Below, piece after piece: positions 18,901 to 20,000 of a stretch of DNA of 20,000 bases. Source of the DNA: Vermamoeba vermiformis (lineage: Eukaryota). The stretch spans positions 53,168-73,167 of the forward strand of contig JBEWZL010000027.1 of the NCBI GenBank assembly GCA_045837725.1. Reading direction: 5' to 3'. The translations under genes and the position numbers were made by a program. How positions within the stretch are numbered: position 1 is the first letter of the stretch; each line of letters starts with the position of its first letter. The notes beneath the pieces are model-generated. The model saw only the letters and a program-made list of their open reading frames with translations. It did no database searches and was not told the origin of the DNA.

Positions 18901-20000
18901 GAGGGTATTGTAAAAATGCATTTGGGTATATTTCATTTTTTTATTCAGAAAACCCATAGTACATGGAAGTGCAAGTTGAACAAAAAAAACGGCGCATCAA
19001 AATATGCCGTAGAGCTGAAGTTACAGCCTGTTTTCTTGAAAATCAACTGGGAAAACCCCATTTTACTCTAAGGCACCCATATTAGGAAGAGTTTCACTGG
19101 TTTGTAATCATGATTTGATGCTTTGAAGGTTGCCAGATCATGGTACACAAAAGAATTGGAGTCTGATGCTTACTTGAGTGTTCCTAGGGCAAATACAGTG
19201 CAAAAAGCAAGTATATAGCATGGAATAGCCTAAAAAGGAAATTAGTGGTGCATATCAGGGGTCCATGAGGTAGACATTTGCAAAACACTCCTCTTGGCAC
19301 TTGTGTGCATATGATCTGGCAATTACTAACAGTTTCCCTCCATCATTTATATGCCTTGCACTTCCCAGCTGAAAACTGAGTTTTCTACTTGCCTAATATA
19401 GAAATATAGTAAAGTGATCAGCAAATCGTTAGTAATTGATAAAAACTGTTGGGACAAGTTTCAACTTTAGTAACCATGGTGCAACAAATGCCAACTGCCC
19501 CATCATTTCCTAATTTGGTAATTACTGTCAAATCCCGAAATTTCAGTTAAAAAACAGAATTTACAAGGATTACGAGCAACAAGGAAGTCGTTAGTAATTG
19601 CCAGAATTTGGTGCGGCAAGTTCAAATCATTGTTTTTTGTAAAGGTCCACTTATGATGTCCATAACCTCTTGCCATATATGGTTATATTTGCTAGTTACA
19701 CTAACTGCCTGTTACCACCTTGGAGCATTCTGGCAAACAGTTAGTAATTGACAGAATTTGACGGGACAAGTTGGAATGGTATGTACATGCTGTAAAGCAT
19801 TGTTTATGCTGGCAACCTTCCTAATTTGGAAATTGCTAATGATTTCCGAATGGGGCAGCAATGATTGAAAATTTGCAGATTTTTGCAAGTGATTTCAAGG
19901 GCCAACATCAAATTTTATTAAAATCTTACAAAACATCGATTTTCCAACAATAATCCTCCCAATGCCCCCCAAATATACCCAAATGCATTTTTACAATACC
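18901..20000. mobile_element. Non-autonomous DNA transposon (~1.1 kb) with terminal inverted repeats; right end runs off the window
   Basis: 18904-18933 GGTATTGTAAAAATGCATTTGGGTATATTT is the exact reverse complement of 19971-20000 (30/30). Interior has no long ORF, is CpG-poor and carries internal repeats. Confidence 0.85.
19315..19850. repeat. Internal direct and inverted repeats of the TIR element
   Basis: GTTAGTAATTG...CAAGTT units at 19428, 19590 and 19740; an inverted copy at 19315-19330 is a perfect 16-bp match to 19590-19605; TTCCTAATTTGG at 19507 and 19818. Confidence 0.75.

Noticed and set aside
18901-18957. ATG at 18957 as the transposase start
   Set aside because: It lies inside the inserted TIR element.
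19428-19770. CRISPR-like array
   Set aside because: Repeats are degenerate, spaced ~150-160 bp apart, inside a eukaryotic transposon, with no cas genes.

Overview
Compact, intron-rich eukaryotic genomic DNA with short (mostly 45-125 nt) GT-AG introns and CTAAC/CTGAC branch sites. The gene content suggests an amoebozoan-like protist (inference). In order: 3' end of a Kazal-repeat protein; a C-lobe-only kinase fragment; an Aa_trans/SLC36-like amino-acid transporter; a 10-exon gene fusing an acidic NLS-bearing N-terminus, a BAH chromatin-reader domain and a phage/bacterial-type DNA amino-methyltransferase (N4C/N6A) domain; a single-pass receptor kinase with tyrosine-kinase motifs; a CCCH zinc finger plus RAI1/DXO-like PD-(D/E)XK nuclease; a class C GPCR; an intronless orphan ORF; and the C-terminal part of a RAG1/Transib-like transposase interrupted by a ~1.1 kb CpG-depleted element with terminal inverted repeats. 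The best candidate for a new system is the BAH-amino-methyltransferase, a possible histone-guided 4mC/6mA writer of prokaryotic/phage origin. All gene models were spliced by eye and all family calls rest on recalled motifs, not database searches.
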